From Octopus bimaculoides (lineage: Eukaryota): DNA of 54,159 bases. This document shows positions 35,016 to 46,541 of this stretch, in pieces (the stretch's first letter is position 1; every line of letters starts with the position of its first letter). Under the pieces are notes generated by a model. That model worked only from the letters and a program-made list of their open reading frames with translations. It ran no database searches and was not told the DNA's origin. A program made the position numbers and the translations under genes. Where the stretch lies: assembly GCF_001194135.2 (NCBI RefSeq), contig NC_068982.1, positions 187,015,220 to 187,069,378 on the forward strand, read 5' to 3'.

Positions 35016-35492
35016 CATTTGATGGATATTTGTCCTCATCTTGTTTGTTGTTAACACAACGTTTCAGCTGATATACTTTCCAGCCTTCATCAGGTGTCTT
35101 GGGGAAATTTCAAACCTGGGTTCTCATTCCTGAGGTGTTTTTCATCATCATCATCATCATTATTCAGGCCACTGCGTGGAATCGAACTCGGAATCTTGGG
35201 GTTAGCAGCCTATGCTCTTAACCACTACGCCATATGCCCATGGGTTAAGGACGTGAGCTACTAACCCCAAGATTCCAAATTCAATTCCAGGTAGTGACCT
35301 GAATAATAATAATAATAACATTGAAAAATACCTCAGGAATGAGAACCCAGGTTCGATATTTCCCCAAGACACCTGATGAAGGCTGGAAAGTATATCAGCT
35401 GAAACGTTGTGTTAACAACAAACAAGATGAGGACAAATATCCGTCAAATATAAATAATGTACATAATTCCTCATCTCTTAAATATAGAACTG
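35016..35492. mobile_element. Family D palindromic element, locus 3
   Basis: Minus arm 35016-35239, centre atatgccc-at-ggg, plus arm to 35492; hammerhead folds with intact cores at 35053-35098 (-) and 35368-35413 (+). Confidence 0.82.
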
Positions 35493-35739
35493 CAAGGATA
35501 CAGTACTTTGTTGTGCAACCATGATATATCATCAAGTATATTAAAGTTTTACAAGGCAATATTGTGCCTTACTTTTGTGTTAGCAGTGCAATAGTCTCAT
35601 TTTTATGTTCATCTCTATAGAATTTAGATTCAGCCCTGAAAGTTACGATGGTCTGTATTTGAATATGAATACAATGGTTCAGAGCCAGTGTAATAATTAC
35701 ATATTAATTATCTTATCAATATTGTTGTTATATTTCCAG

Positions 35740-35853
35740 ATTGATTGTTTGATCAAGCTTAGCGGCATGCCTGACCTAACATTGTCTTTCATGAATCCAC
35801 GCTTGTTAGATGATGTTAGTTTCCATCCGTGTGTTCGTTTTAAGAGATGGGAA
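35740..35853 (+). CDS. AP3M1: AP-3 complex subunit mu, exon 7
   Basis: tccag|IDCLIKLSGMPDLTLSFMNPRLLDDVSFHPCVRFKRWE|gtaagt; 114 nt, phase 0. Confidence 0.97.
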
Positions 35854-36429
35854 GTAAGTATATCCTGTCCTATTAATATCTCTCTTCTTTATTTACCTCT
35901 GTCTTCTGTTGTAACTCTGGGAAATATTCCATTCTCTTCAGATATGCCAACAGCACTTTACTATCTTCATCACATAAACCAGAATAATTGCTCTTAAAGA
36001 CATTTGTCCATAGTAGCAATAACTCCAGCATAATGGAAATAATTCTTGACTGGTATAATTACCTGAATAGTTCTGTCAGAATGCAATTAGAAATTATTGG
36101 TTAATTCATCAAACTTTATTGAATATTATAGTGATATTTAATAATGCCAGTCCCAGGAGGTAGATTTTAGATGAAATAATTATAAAGATATGACACTCAT
36201 CTTTCATGTTTCTGAAGTCGTCCGGATTAACAACTTTACTCTCCATGAGTTTTGAGGGTGCCTTGTAAGGCCAATATTGGCATAAAATCCACAGTTACAG
36301 TGTAGTGGTGATGAAAACTACCTGCATCAACTTGCTATAAAAGCAGGTAGCAATTTCACCTTGTCCTTATTCTTAGTGCAAGTTTTGAAGAGTGCAGTTC
36401 GATTTTAACAGTTATTTTTCAAAGCTTTA

Positions 36430-37174
36430 ATGGAAGTGACAAAGGAGCATATTCGGCAGATTTTGCTTCATGAGTTCAAGAAAGGCAACACTGTAATGGA
36501 AAGTGCAATGAATATTGATGCAGTATATGGGGATCGGACAATAAGCATAAGCCAGTGTCAACAGTGGTTCCAGAAATTCCAAGCTGGAAACTACAGCCTA
36601 GAAGATGGGCCTTGTTCTGGAAGCTCTGTAGAGCTTGATGAGGATGTCCTGCAAACCCTGGTGAAAGAAAATCCCATAGTAACTGTTGAGGAACCGGTAG
36701 AAAAGCTTGGATTTAGTTATTCAGCTGTTCATCAGCACCTGCATGCTATCGGAAAAATGACCATCTTTGGTTTCAAGGCGAAAGGTGTTCTTCCATCAGG
36801 ATAATGCTTGGCCACATACAGCAAGGATGACATTCCAAAGGCCAGAGCAGTTTGAATGGGAAACGATGCCTCACCCACCATATTCACCGGACATTGCCCC
36901 ACCTGATTATCATTTATTCTGCAGTTTTCAAAATGATTTGGATGGAAAAAATATGAATTCTGTTGACAAGGTCAGAACAGTACTGGAGGAGTATTTTTTG
37001 TTATGGATGAGTGAATTTTGGAAGAGGGGCCTTGCAAGTCTACTAGAGAGATGGAAGAGCACTGGACAAAATGAAGGAGAGTATATTTTAGATTAAAAAA
37101 GAACTCTGTTTATCTTAATTTTGAAAAATATAAGAAGTATAAAAACCCCACATTATTTATGGGATGATCCAATA
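36430..37174 (+). mobile_element. Internally deleted mariner (D34D) transposase pseudogene
   Basis: N-terminal HTH (HIRQILLHEF...WFQKFQAGNYSLED) fused out of frame to HQDNA...PHPPYSPDIAPPDY with 34 residues between the two Ds; WVPHEL and first-D region missing; TIR-like right end ...ttatttatgggatgatccaaTA. Confidence 0.88.
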
Positions 37175-37182
37175 CATATATA

Positions 37183-37573
37183 AGGAATGGCTGTGTGGTA
37201 AGTAGCTTGCTTACCAACCACATGGTTCCGGGTTCAGTCCCACTGCGTGGCACCTTGGGCGAGTGTCTTCTACTATAGCCCCAGGTCGACCAAAGCCTTG
37301 TTAGTGGATTTGGCAGACAGAAACTGAAAGAAGCCTGTCGTATATATGCATATATATGTATATGTGTGTGTGTTTGTGTGTCTGTGTTTGTCCCACCCAA
37401 CATCGCTTGACAACCGATGTTGGTGTGTTATGTCCTCGTAACTTAGCAGTTCGGCAAAAGTGACTGATAGAATAAGTACTAGGCTTACAAAGAATAAGTC
37501 CTGGGGTCGATTTGCTTGACTAAAGGCGGTGCTCCAGCATGGCCACAGTCAAATGACTGAAACAAGTAAAAGA

Positions 37574-37575
<2 letters not shown>
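37183..37575 (+). mobile_element. Family B SINE, full length (CORE-like segment ggcaccttgggcRagt)
   Basis: tRNA-like head, central (TA/TG)n, 3' tail ...gactgaaacaagtaaaagagt; assignment to the octopus OR-type CORE-SINEs is from memory and unverified. Confidence 0.8.
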
Positions 37576-37624
<49 letters not shown>

Positions 37625-37625
<1 letters not shown>

Positions 37626-37790
37626 GGCTTCTTTCAGTTTCCATCTACCAAATCACTCACAAGGCTTTGGTCAGCCGAAGGATATAGTAGAAGGCACTTG
37701 CCCAAAGTGCCACTCAGTGGGACTGAACTTGGAACCATGTGGTTGGGAAGTAAGCTTCTTACCACCCAACCACACCTGCTCTTATACATA
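37625..37790 (-). mobile_element. Family B SINE 5' half, inverted relative to the preceding copy
   Basis: Reverse complement of 37185-37335. Confidence 0.75.
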
Positions 37791-37898
37791 TGTGCAGGTA
37801 TATATTTGTTGTGGTGTATGTTATGAATTAAATATGATGAAGATGAACACAAAGCTTTGTTCCTAATTACAATCATTCCATTATTTTTGTCCTTTCAG

Positions 37899-37972
37899 AG
37901 TGAGCGAGTTCTTTCTTTTGTTCCTCCTGATGGTAACTTTAGACTCATCTCCTATCATATAGGAGCTCAAAA
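37899..37972 (+). CDS. AP3M1: AP-3 complex subunit mu, exon 8
   Basis: ttcag|SERVLSFVPPDGNFRLISYHIGAQ AA|gtgagt; 74 nt, phase 0 to 2. Confidence 0.96.
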
Positions 37973-38214
37973 GTGAGTTTTTGCCATTTTCTTCTTCTTC
38001 TTCTTCTTTGCTTTAGAACATTATCTCATTGTTGTTCCATTGGCCACCCGGCTCCCATCAGAAGCAGCAACTATTCAGTCTTTATTTATACTGGTTTTGC
38101 AATCCCAGGATTTCAGAATTAATCACTAAACTATGTATTTGCAAAGCAAACTACTTTACCATACAGCTATGCCTACACATGTAGTTTGAGTAATTAGAAA
38201 AGATCTTCTCTTCC

Positions 38215-38460
38215 ACAGTAAAGGGTAAAAGGGTCAAGTCCCCCCTTCGGTCATGACTGACCATGGGATTGCCCCTAGAAAGTTATCCTCCAAGGCACAA
38301 GTCCGGGCACGGTTGTTTTATGGAAGACCAGCAGTCGCCCATGCATACCAGCCTCCCCTCTCCACACCACTGATGTTGTCCAAGGGAAAGGCAAAGGGGC
38401 CGATACAGCTTGGCACCTGTGACGTCGCAACTAATTTCTACAGCTGAGTGAGGGAACAAA
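38215..38460 (-). mobile_element. Probable SINE 3' part with a short-repeat tail (ttacccttttacccttta on the minus strand)
   Basis: GC-richer block ending in a tandem ACCCTTT-like tail; resemblance to BovB-tailed SINEs is from memory only. Confidence 0.45.
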
Positions 38461-38811
38461 GAACAGTACCCATGACCCCTTATTTGGGAAGGTGGGTGTC
38501 TCTGGGGCTTGTTGGTATGGAGTAAGTTGTGTTTGGATGAAGGCACCCAAGGGCTGGGTCGGAATAATGTTAAACTAGGTGATGGTTCAAACATGCTTTG
38601 AAATAATAACTTCTGCCAAGTAAAAAAAAAGCCTGTGGTGGCACCGCATAGAAAGCATGCAGCACTCTCTGTAAAGTGGTTGGCATCAGGAAAGGGCTTC
38701 CAGATTTAAAAACCATGTTGAAACAGACAAGTGGAACCTAATGCAGCTCTCCAACCTTGCCAGCTCCTGTCAAATCATTCAATCCATGCCAGCATGGAAA
38801 ACAGACATTAA

Positions 38812-39031
38812 CCCTTTCGTTATTGTATTTCTGTTGAGATGCTCTGTGTTTCTTTCAGTTATTTTAAATATAACAAAGAATTTAGTAAAATAACTTGGTT
38901 ATCATTCAGCCAGTGTTAGGAACATAAATTGTGACTAAGGTTTGGTGGAAGATTTTAATTCAAAACTTATGAAAACAAGACATTTGTACTCAGAGCCAGA
39001 AGTGGTTTCAGCTGGGTTGGTATCAAAAGGG
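38812..39031. mobile_element. piggyBac-type MITE nested in the TTAA of a family C tail
   Basis: ...ggaaaacagaca-TTAA-[CCCTTT...AAAAGGG]-TTAA-atgatgatgat. Confidence 0.82.
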
Positions 39032-39480
39032 TTAAATGATGATGATGATATATTATAAATATAATACATTATTAGATTGTTTGATAATCGCCATTGATAA
39101 AATCAGATGAGAAAATGCCTCTCATCAATGTAGGTTAATACTATCAATATATCAAAGTAATCAATACATTTCTCATTGTAGTAATTAAGGAAGAAGGTAA
39201 TTAGTTTACATCCTAGAAACAAAATGAATTGCTCTCGTCATTTCCTATTAAAAGCATATTTTTTCCTTTAATCTCAGTAGTGTTTGATTTCACCTTTTTA
39301 CTTATATTGTCACCTGAAAATATTTGCATTGTTGACTAATTGCTAATAATTATAAAACAGTAAGTAACAAACGTTTATTTTAATTTATGCATTCCTTTGT
39401 TCTTCACCATTCCACTATTCTATGGAATAGCAATATGGAGATTTTAACAGTATTTAGAATAAGTTCAGTAAAACTATTAT

Positions 39481-39616
39481 AGAGTAGAACCTCGGTTTAC
39501 GACCACCTCTGATCACAAATAAATTGTGCTTTATATATATCTATATCTATTTACATTATATATATAAAGCACGATTTATTGACGATCAGAGTTGTTCGAA
39601 TACCGAAGTACTACTG
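39481..39616. mobile_element. Small Tc1/Tigger-type MITE (palindromic)
   Basis: TA-gagtagaacctcggtttacga ... tcgaataccgaagtactactg-TA; inner arms also pair (gatcacaaataaattgtgcttta / taaagcacgatttattgacgatc). Confidence 0.6.
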
Positions 39617-40471
39617 TATTGATAAAACTGCCATACTGGTATATTTGAATAGAATAGTGGTCCCAATAAGGTAAAATGCCAAAATTAAGTTAGTATATTT
39701 AAATAGTTAACTAAAGACTTGTTGATAATTCTACACTGGTGCTGGTAGTCATTGAATTAGAAATAAAGGTTGTTGAAATGGGTCTATACACAACATTTTT
39801 TTTTGATAAAACTACAAAAATAAGAGGTCCATAGATTGTAAATGACAATTCATTGAACAGCTCTCTTGCTTATTTTAAAATTTTAAACATCCTTGGACAG
39901 AGTTTTCATCTACTAATTGCATGGATAATATCAGTTGATCAAAATATGGCAAGTAACCCTGATATATTTGTACTAAAAGAACATGGATAAAAGTGTTACA
40001 AATTTGTCATGTTGAGAAAATGTGGAGTAAATTTTACCTTGAAATATAGTAACAGAATCCTGTACAAAATATGAATATAATATGAGTATAATAGGCGTAG
40101 GAGTGGTTGTGTGGGAAGTAGCTTGCTTACCAATCACATGGTTCTGGGTTCAGTCCCACTGCGTGGCACCTTGGACAAGCGTCTTCTTCTATAGCCTCGG
40201 GCCAACCAAAGCCCTGTGAGTGGATTTGGTAGATGGAAACTGAAAGAAGCCTGTCATATATATATATATATATGACAGGAAGGGCATCCAGCTGTAGAAA
40301 CTCTGCCAAATTTAGATTGGAGCCTGGTGTTGCCATCCGGTTTCACCAGTCCTCAGTCAAATCGTCCAACCCATGCTAGCATGGAAAGTGGATGTTAAAC
40401 GATGATGATGATATATATATATGGATTTGGTGGATTTGGTTGATGGAAACTGAATGAAGCCTTTGTGTGTT

Positions 40472-40511
<40 letters not shown>

Positions 40512-40519
40512 AAAACTCC

Positions 40520-40990
40520 ACTCTGGCAGGATTTGAACTCAGAATGTAAACAAACTTAATTTAATTTTGGTTTTAAATTTTGGTGGGGGCGCTAGTTGAT
40601 TATATCAGCCTTAGTATACAACTGGTACTTATTTTACCAGCCCCAAAGAGATGAGAGGCAGAGTTGACCTCGGTAGAATTTGAACTCTGAATGTAAAGAT
40701 AGACAAAATGGGATTTAAGCATTTTGCCTGCTGTACTAATGGTTCTGCCAGCTTGCTGCCTTAGACTTAACCAAATATTGGTTTCAAATTTTGGCACAAG
40801 GCCAGCAAGTTTGTGGGGTGGAGTAGGTCAATTACATCGACCCTAGTGCTCAACTGGTACTTATTTTATCGACCTTGAAAGCACGAAAGGCAAAGTTGAT
40901 TTTGGCAGAATTTGAACTGAGAACATAAAAGACTTAACCAAATATTGCATGGCATTTTGTCCCATATTTTACCAATTCTGACAGCTTGTT
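40520..40990 (-). mobile_element. Tandem diverged family A SINEs
   Basis: caactggtacttattttat...gaaaggcaaagttga...ggcagaatttgaact, twice. Confidence 0.7.
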
Positions 40991-42827
40991 TCATATTTTT
41001 TTAAATGTCATTAATTAACATTTCATCGTTTATCTTACTAATTTCTATTATGGATAAACTAATTAAACCTGTGTAACTCAGAAAACTTTGTAGATTACAT
41101 GTGAAACTAATTAACTGATTGATTAATTAAATATGTTGCTCATCTATAAAACATTCTGGAGCCATTGAAGGAGGAACCGATATAAAGATGTGCTTGATCT
41201 GCTACTAATAGCAGCAAAATCTCTTTGGTATTGGTATAGCCATGCGATTGAGATACTCACTTCACAATCCTGTGGTTCCACATCCAATCCTATTTGCCTG
41301 GTGTCTGGGGCAGGTATCTTTTATCATAGTCTTGGATTGTTCTAAACATCATAATTGAAATTGGAGTAGATAAAAACAACATGGAAGCCTGTTGGTAGCT
41401 GTACTTATTTTCAATTATTTAATTAAACTGTTGTCTAGTTTAACATGATCACCACCTGGTCATCGGGTAGCTATCATTTTAAGGATATAAAGATCTTTCT
41501 CCTACCAGTTTCAGAGGCCCTGCCAAAATGCCCTGAGTTTTGCCCATCCTTAACTGACTGGTCTTTAACCTTTTTTCTATCCTGTGTACCACATGTGATA
41601 CACAGGCCACATGTGATACACTGGCATCCATGTATCGTATTTGATGCACATGCTGAGTTCTTTCCAACTACCTGAGTAACTTGGGACTTATGAAAGGAAA
41701 GCTTTATGTCACTGGTGGCACACAAAAAGTATTGGGGCTGGTGGCACCTAAAAAGCACCCAGTACACTCTGTAAAGTGGTTGGCATTTTGAAGGGCATTC
41801 AGCCATAGAAACCGTGCCAAAAAAGACAACGGAAGCTGGTGTGGCTCCTGACCTTTTCAGTTCTTGTCAAACTGTCCAACCCATGCCAGCATGGAAAATG
41901 GATGTTAAATGATGATGATGATGATATGTGAAACATTGGGCTAACTGAATGTCTGACAACAAACATGGTTGCTTAGGACAAACTTATGAGAATGCTTCGG
42001 ATAAGCAAAGGATTAAGAGAATCAGAAATGGTTTTAGCAGGATTTAAGTTGAAGAGTCATCCAACCACTTGAGTTTTTCATTATCAGTAAATTTACGATA
42101 TGTTTTGAATTTGTTATGTATGGAAATTTAAACAAATTATATTTATATTGCTTCACTAAATCTTTAGGAGGAAAGAAACTCCATTGAAACTCACCAACGA
42201 CTAATTACATAACTTAAACTGGAAACTAACATTAATTAGCAATTAATACTGTAATTATTATTATAAATATTATGACAAAGAAATCGGACATCTACTAACT
42301 TGGACAACACTACAATCTGACACCAACAGATATTAACCAATGAAGGATCCTGCATGTGGTCACTTGAAATCATAACCAAATCTCACTCAAGTCAAATTCT
42401 ATTACCTTTAATTTAGACACACTGGACAAATATACAAAAGGTGGGATGGTCATAACTGAAAAGCCTTTGATCATAAATTTACTTGATTACAGCTGACCCA
42501 GGGTTGTACAGCACTACCAAGAATACCAAATGAAACTAATTAAGTCTAATTAAAATTAATTAAAAAAAAAAAAACAATAAATATTTCCCATCTGTGTACC
42601 AGCGTTAATGAAACTTGCATGTATAATTAGATATGTGAGACTCTTGATGCACTTAAATATTATCTTGGTTCTTTGCAGATTAAATAGTAGATTGTGGTAA
42701 GTGCACCGTTCTGACTAACCCCGTGGACAAATTTTTACTAACAGAAACAGTCTTGCGCTGCTTGTTGCACACAAGCAAATTGCTTCCTTTTTATTACTTA
42801 TCTGCACCATGTCTCTTGCTAGCCTTT

Positions 42828-42862
<35 letters not shown>

Positions 42863-43103
42863 TACTAAAAACCAGTTACTAGAGACTCTTATGCTATAGT
42901 CTCATCATTTTTTTTCTTCCTTTCTTAAAGAAATTGCAGTGTCATTAGAAAAATTTAATTTTTTTTTTTTTTTTTATAAAAACGTCTCCGAGAAATTTTT
43001 GTAGATATCCAAGTGGTACATAAACTAGCAAGGGATGTGGTTGGAGATTGATGTGTTGAAATTTAAATAATGAAATCATAGAAGAGTCATGTTAATCATT
43101 AAT

Positions 43104-43147
<44 letters not shown>

Positions 43148-43549
43148 TTATCATTATTATAAGAATTTAGAAAAGTCAAGAGATGTGAAGTAAATAATTT
43201 TTTAATGATGGAGCTTGAAGTAGATAAAGCTATAAATGATAGCATGTAGAATATTGTGTTAAAAAAGAAAAACTTTTGGATGGAAAAAAGTTGAAGGCTT
43301 CCCTTCATGGGACATGAAGCCACATCTTCTGTGAATATGACATATTCTAACCATTACACCAAAGCAGCCCATCAAATTTTTCCATCCAATTTAGAAGCTT
43401 TGTTCCTACCAATAAGAATTGTAAGATGTTTACATTATAACAACGTAGAAACTTTGAGAGAGATATGAAGTAAATTATTTTTCTAATTGTGGAGCACAAA
43501 TTAGATAAAGTTATAACATTCAGCAGGTTGACGATTAAGTTACAAACAA

Positions 43550-44135
43550 ATGCTTCTTTTGCCTTCTCTCTTTTACTTGCTACAGTCATTTGACTGTGGC
43601 CATACTGGGGCACTGGCTTGAAAAATTTTAGTTGAAGGAATCAACCCCTGTACTTAATCTATCAGTCTCTTTTGCTGAACTGCTAAGTTACAGGGATGTA
43701 AACACACCAACTCTGATTGCCAAGTGGTGGGGGCTAAATACAGACACGCATGATGGGCTTCTGTCAGTTTCCTTCTACCAAAACCACGCACAAGACTTTG
43801 GCTTGAGGTTATAGTAGAAGACACTTGCCCAAAGTGTCATGCAGTGGAAGTGAACCTAGAACTATGTGGTTGGGAAGCAAGTTTCTTATCATACAGCCAT
43901 TTATTTACTTTAAGGCGGTGAGCTGGCAGAACCGTTAGCACACCGGGCAAAATGCTTAGTGGTATTTTATCTGTCACTATGCTCTGAGTTCAAATTCCGC
44001 CAAGATCAACTTTGCCTTTCATCCTTTCGAGGTCATTGAATTAAATACCAGTCAGGCACTGGGGTCAATATAAATTGATTGTCCTCCTCCCCACAAAAAT
44101 CCAGGCCTTGTGCCTATAATGGAAAGGATTATTTA
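43550..44135. mobile_element. Family B SINE (-, about 43550-43900) followed by family A SINE (+, 43914-44135)
   Basis: Matches to the respective family consensus blocks. Confidence 0.7.
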
Positions 44136-44499
44136 TCTACTTTGAATTCCACTGTTAAAACTAATCTAAACAATTTACTTCTATTCTTCATCATAAAGTT
44201 TTATTGTACTTGTATGATAGCGTCACTGGCACAGTTCCACTGTGTCTCCTTCCTGTAGATTGCTGTCTTTCGACAGAGGAAAACCTTAGTAGTTTACTTA
44301 TGCTGACACAATTCTATACAATCAATTTCTTTTACTCTTGTAGACTTCTCTCAAGTTCAACCTGTGACATTGTTTCTCTAATCTGCATTCCATCGTTAGA
44401 ACTTTGTATCTTCGTTACAAACCAGTTCCTTCTTTACAGAGAAACTTCAATTAATTAAAAACAAAAGAGAACAAATATACATAATACCTTTTTTTCCTA

Positions 44500-44875
44500 C
44501 TTGTTTCAGTCATTAGACTGTGGCCATGCAGGGGCACTGCTTCGAAGAATTTTTAATTGACTAAATTAACCCCAGTACTTATTTTTTTTTAAAGCTTGGT
44601 AGTTATTCTATCAGTCTACTTTGCCTAACTGCTATATTACGGGGACATAAATACCCCTACACTGGTTGTCAAGCAGTGGTGGGGGACAACCACAGACACA
44701 AAGACACACACACAATGTGCTTCTTTCAGTTTCTGCCTACGAAATCCACTCACAAGACGTTGGTTGGCCCAAGGTTATAGTAGAAGACACTTGACCGAGG
44801 TGCCACACAGTGAGACTGAATCCAGAACTATGTGGTTGTGAAACAAACTTCTTACCACACAGCCACACCTAACAT
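44500..44875 (-). mobile_element. Family B SINE
   Basis: Reverse complement of 37183-37575. Confidence 0.75.
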
Positions 44876-45676
44876 ACATACATATATCCCATTAATTCAT
44901 GAATGAAGGACATTAGTCCTTCATTGAAGGACTCAATAGAATAAAATGTAAAATTAGGGGATTCTTTTATTATTTTCTGGATTTTTATTGAATTTTGTTT
45001 CAAATTCCACTCCCAAGGTATCGGTCAACCAGAAGCTGTGATAGAAGATACTTACCCAAAGTGTCACACCATAGGATTGAACCGGGAATCACACGGCTGC
45101 AAAGCAAGCTTCTTAATTATACAGCTATGCCTCAGCTTACCTAACCACCACCACCACCACCACCACCACCATTAACAACAAAAACAACACCACCACGACC
45201 ATATTAAAGTTTTATATTGGTTGACATCTCCTCGTCTCTAAAACTGTTTTCTTAAAAGCTGTTTGCTCTTTTTCTCTCCTTCCAGTTCTCAATATTAATG
45301 GCTGTCTTTCTCTCTCGAGTCTTTCTTCTCAACTAATCTCTCAGTTTCGTTCATTATCTCTTCTACTAATATATTTGTCCACTAATCGTTTGGTTAATTC
45401 CATAACTAATGAGGATGTGAATGTTTTCTTTAATCACATTGGCTGGAACTAATATCAGAACAGCAGACTTCCAATCAGACTTTCTGATTCTTCTTCTCCT
45501 TCTTTTGCTTCCTCTTACCAATGCTGGAATATTCTGTAGGTAGTTCTCTTTGCTTAGATCTCTCTTTCGTTTCCAATAGAATTTAGTAGTGTTCTATAGT
45601 TTTCTGCAAGAATTTGGCTGTTCATTGGTAGCATCACTGCTGCTTGGCACCACTGCAAGGAACAATATGCAATACT

Positions 45677-46153
45677 GATTATTTGCCAACATAACCTGGC
45701 AGTCCTGGTTTAGGACAAATGTTGCTGTAATTTAGCCCCAGGACACATCGTCTCCAGCTGGCTATACGACACAATCTGTGTCCTTATATTTTCGAACAAG
45801 GGAATCTAGTACCCCCACTCAGCTCAAAACAATCTTGTAAGATTTACAAATAGTAATTTTCTAATTTATAAATCAGTGACTAGTTGTCACTTTGAAAACT
45901 ATATGTTTCGAACAGGAATTTGGCAGCGCCACTTCTAGCTGAACAATTATTCTATGTTGATGAAGGGAAATAACCCAGAAATTGCGATACACAGATATTG
46001 TTTTGAGCTGAGTGGGGGTACTAGATGCCCTTGTTTGAAAATATAAGGACACAGATCGTGTTGTATAGCCAGCTGGAGACGATGTCTCCTGGGGCTAAAT
46101 TGCAGCAACATTCATCCTAAACCAGGACTGCCATGTTATGTTGGCAAATAATC
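45677..46153. repeat. Fold-back element, 157-bp inverted arms with 163-bp spacer
   Basis: Arms 45677-45833 and 45997-46153 are reverse-complementary with scattered mismatches. Confidence 0.85.
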
Positions 46154-46541
46154 TCTACTCCAAAGTACTGTTGCTGAATATCTCTCATTGTGAGATTTTA
46201 AAAATAGTAATTTTCAAATATGCAATACTATTGAAAGGTGTCAGAATCCTTGTGATCTTCCAGTCGGCAGTTCATGGAAGGAATGTCTTGAAGTAATATA
46301 GAATTCTATAGTGTTCCAATAGAATTTAGCAATGTTTAGTATTCCAATAGAATCTAGTAATGCTTAGTATTCAAATACAACGTAGTATTCTAGAAATTTC
46401 TGTTCCATTTTAGGGTTTGTTCCGATATGTAATTTACAACTTTGAGTTTTTGTTTCTCTTTGTTGGTTTCTTCATAATTAGATTTCAAATAATTATCTTT
46501 TAATTATCATCATATTCAAATACATTATTTACCTATCTCAA

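Noticed and set aside
35401-35450. Alternative hammerhead fold using the downstream ccGTC as cleavage triplet with a long stem III insert
   Set aside because: Only 3 bp of stem III form and the sequence after GTC (aaat) cannot pair with gacac, so stem I fails
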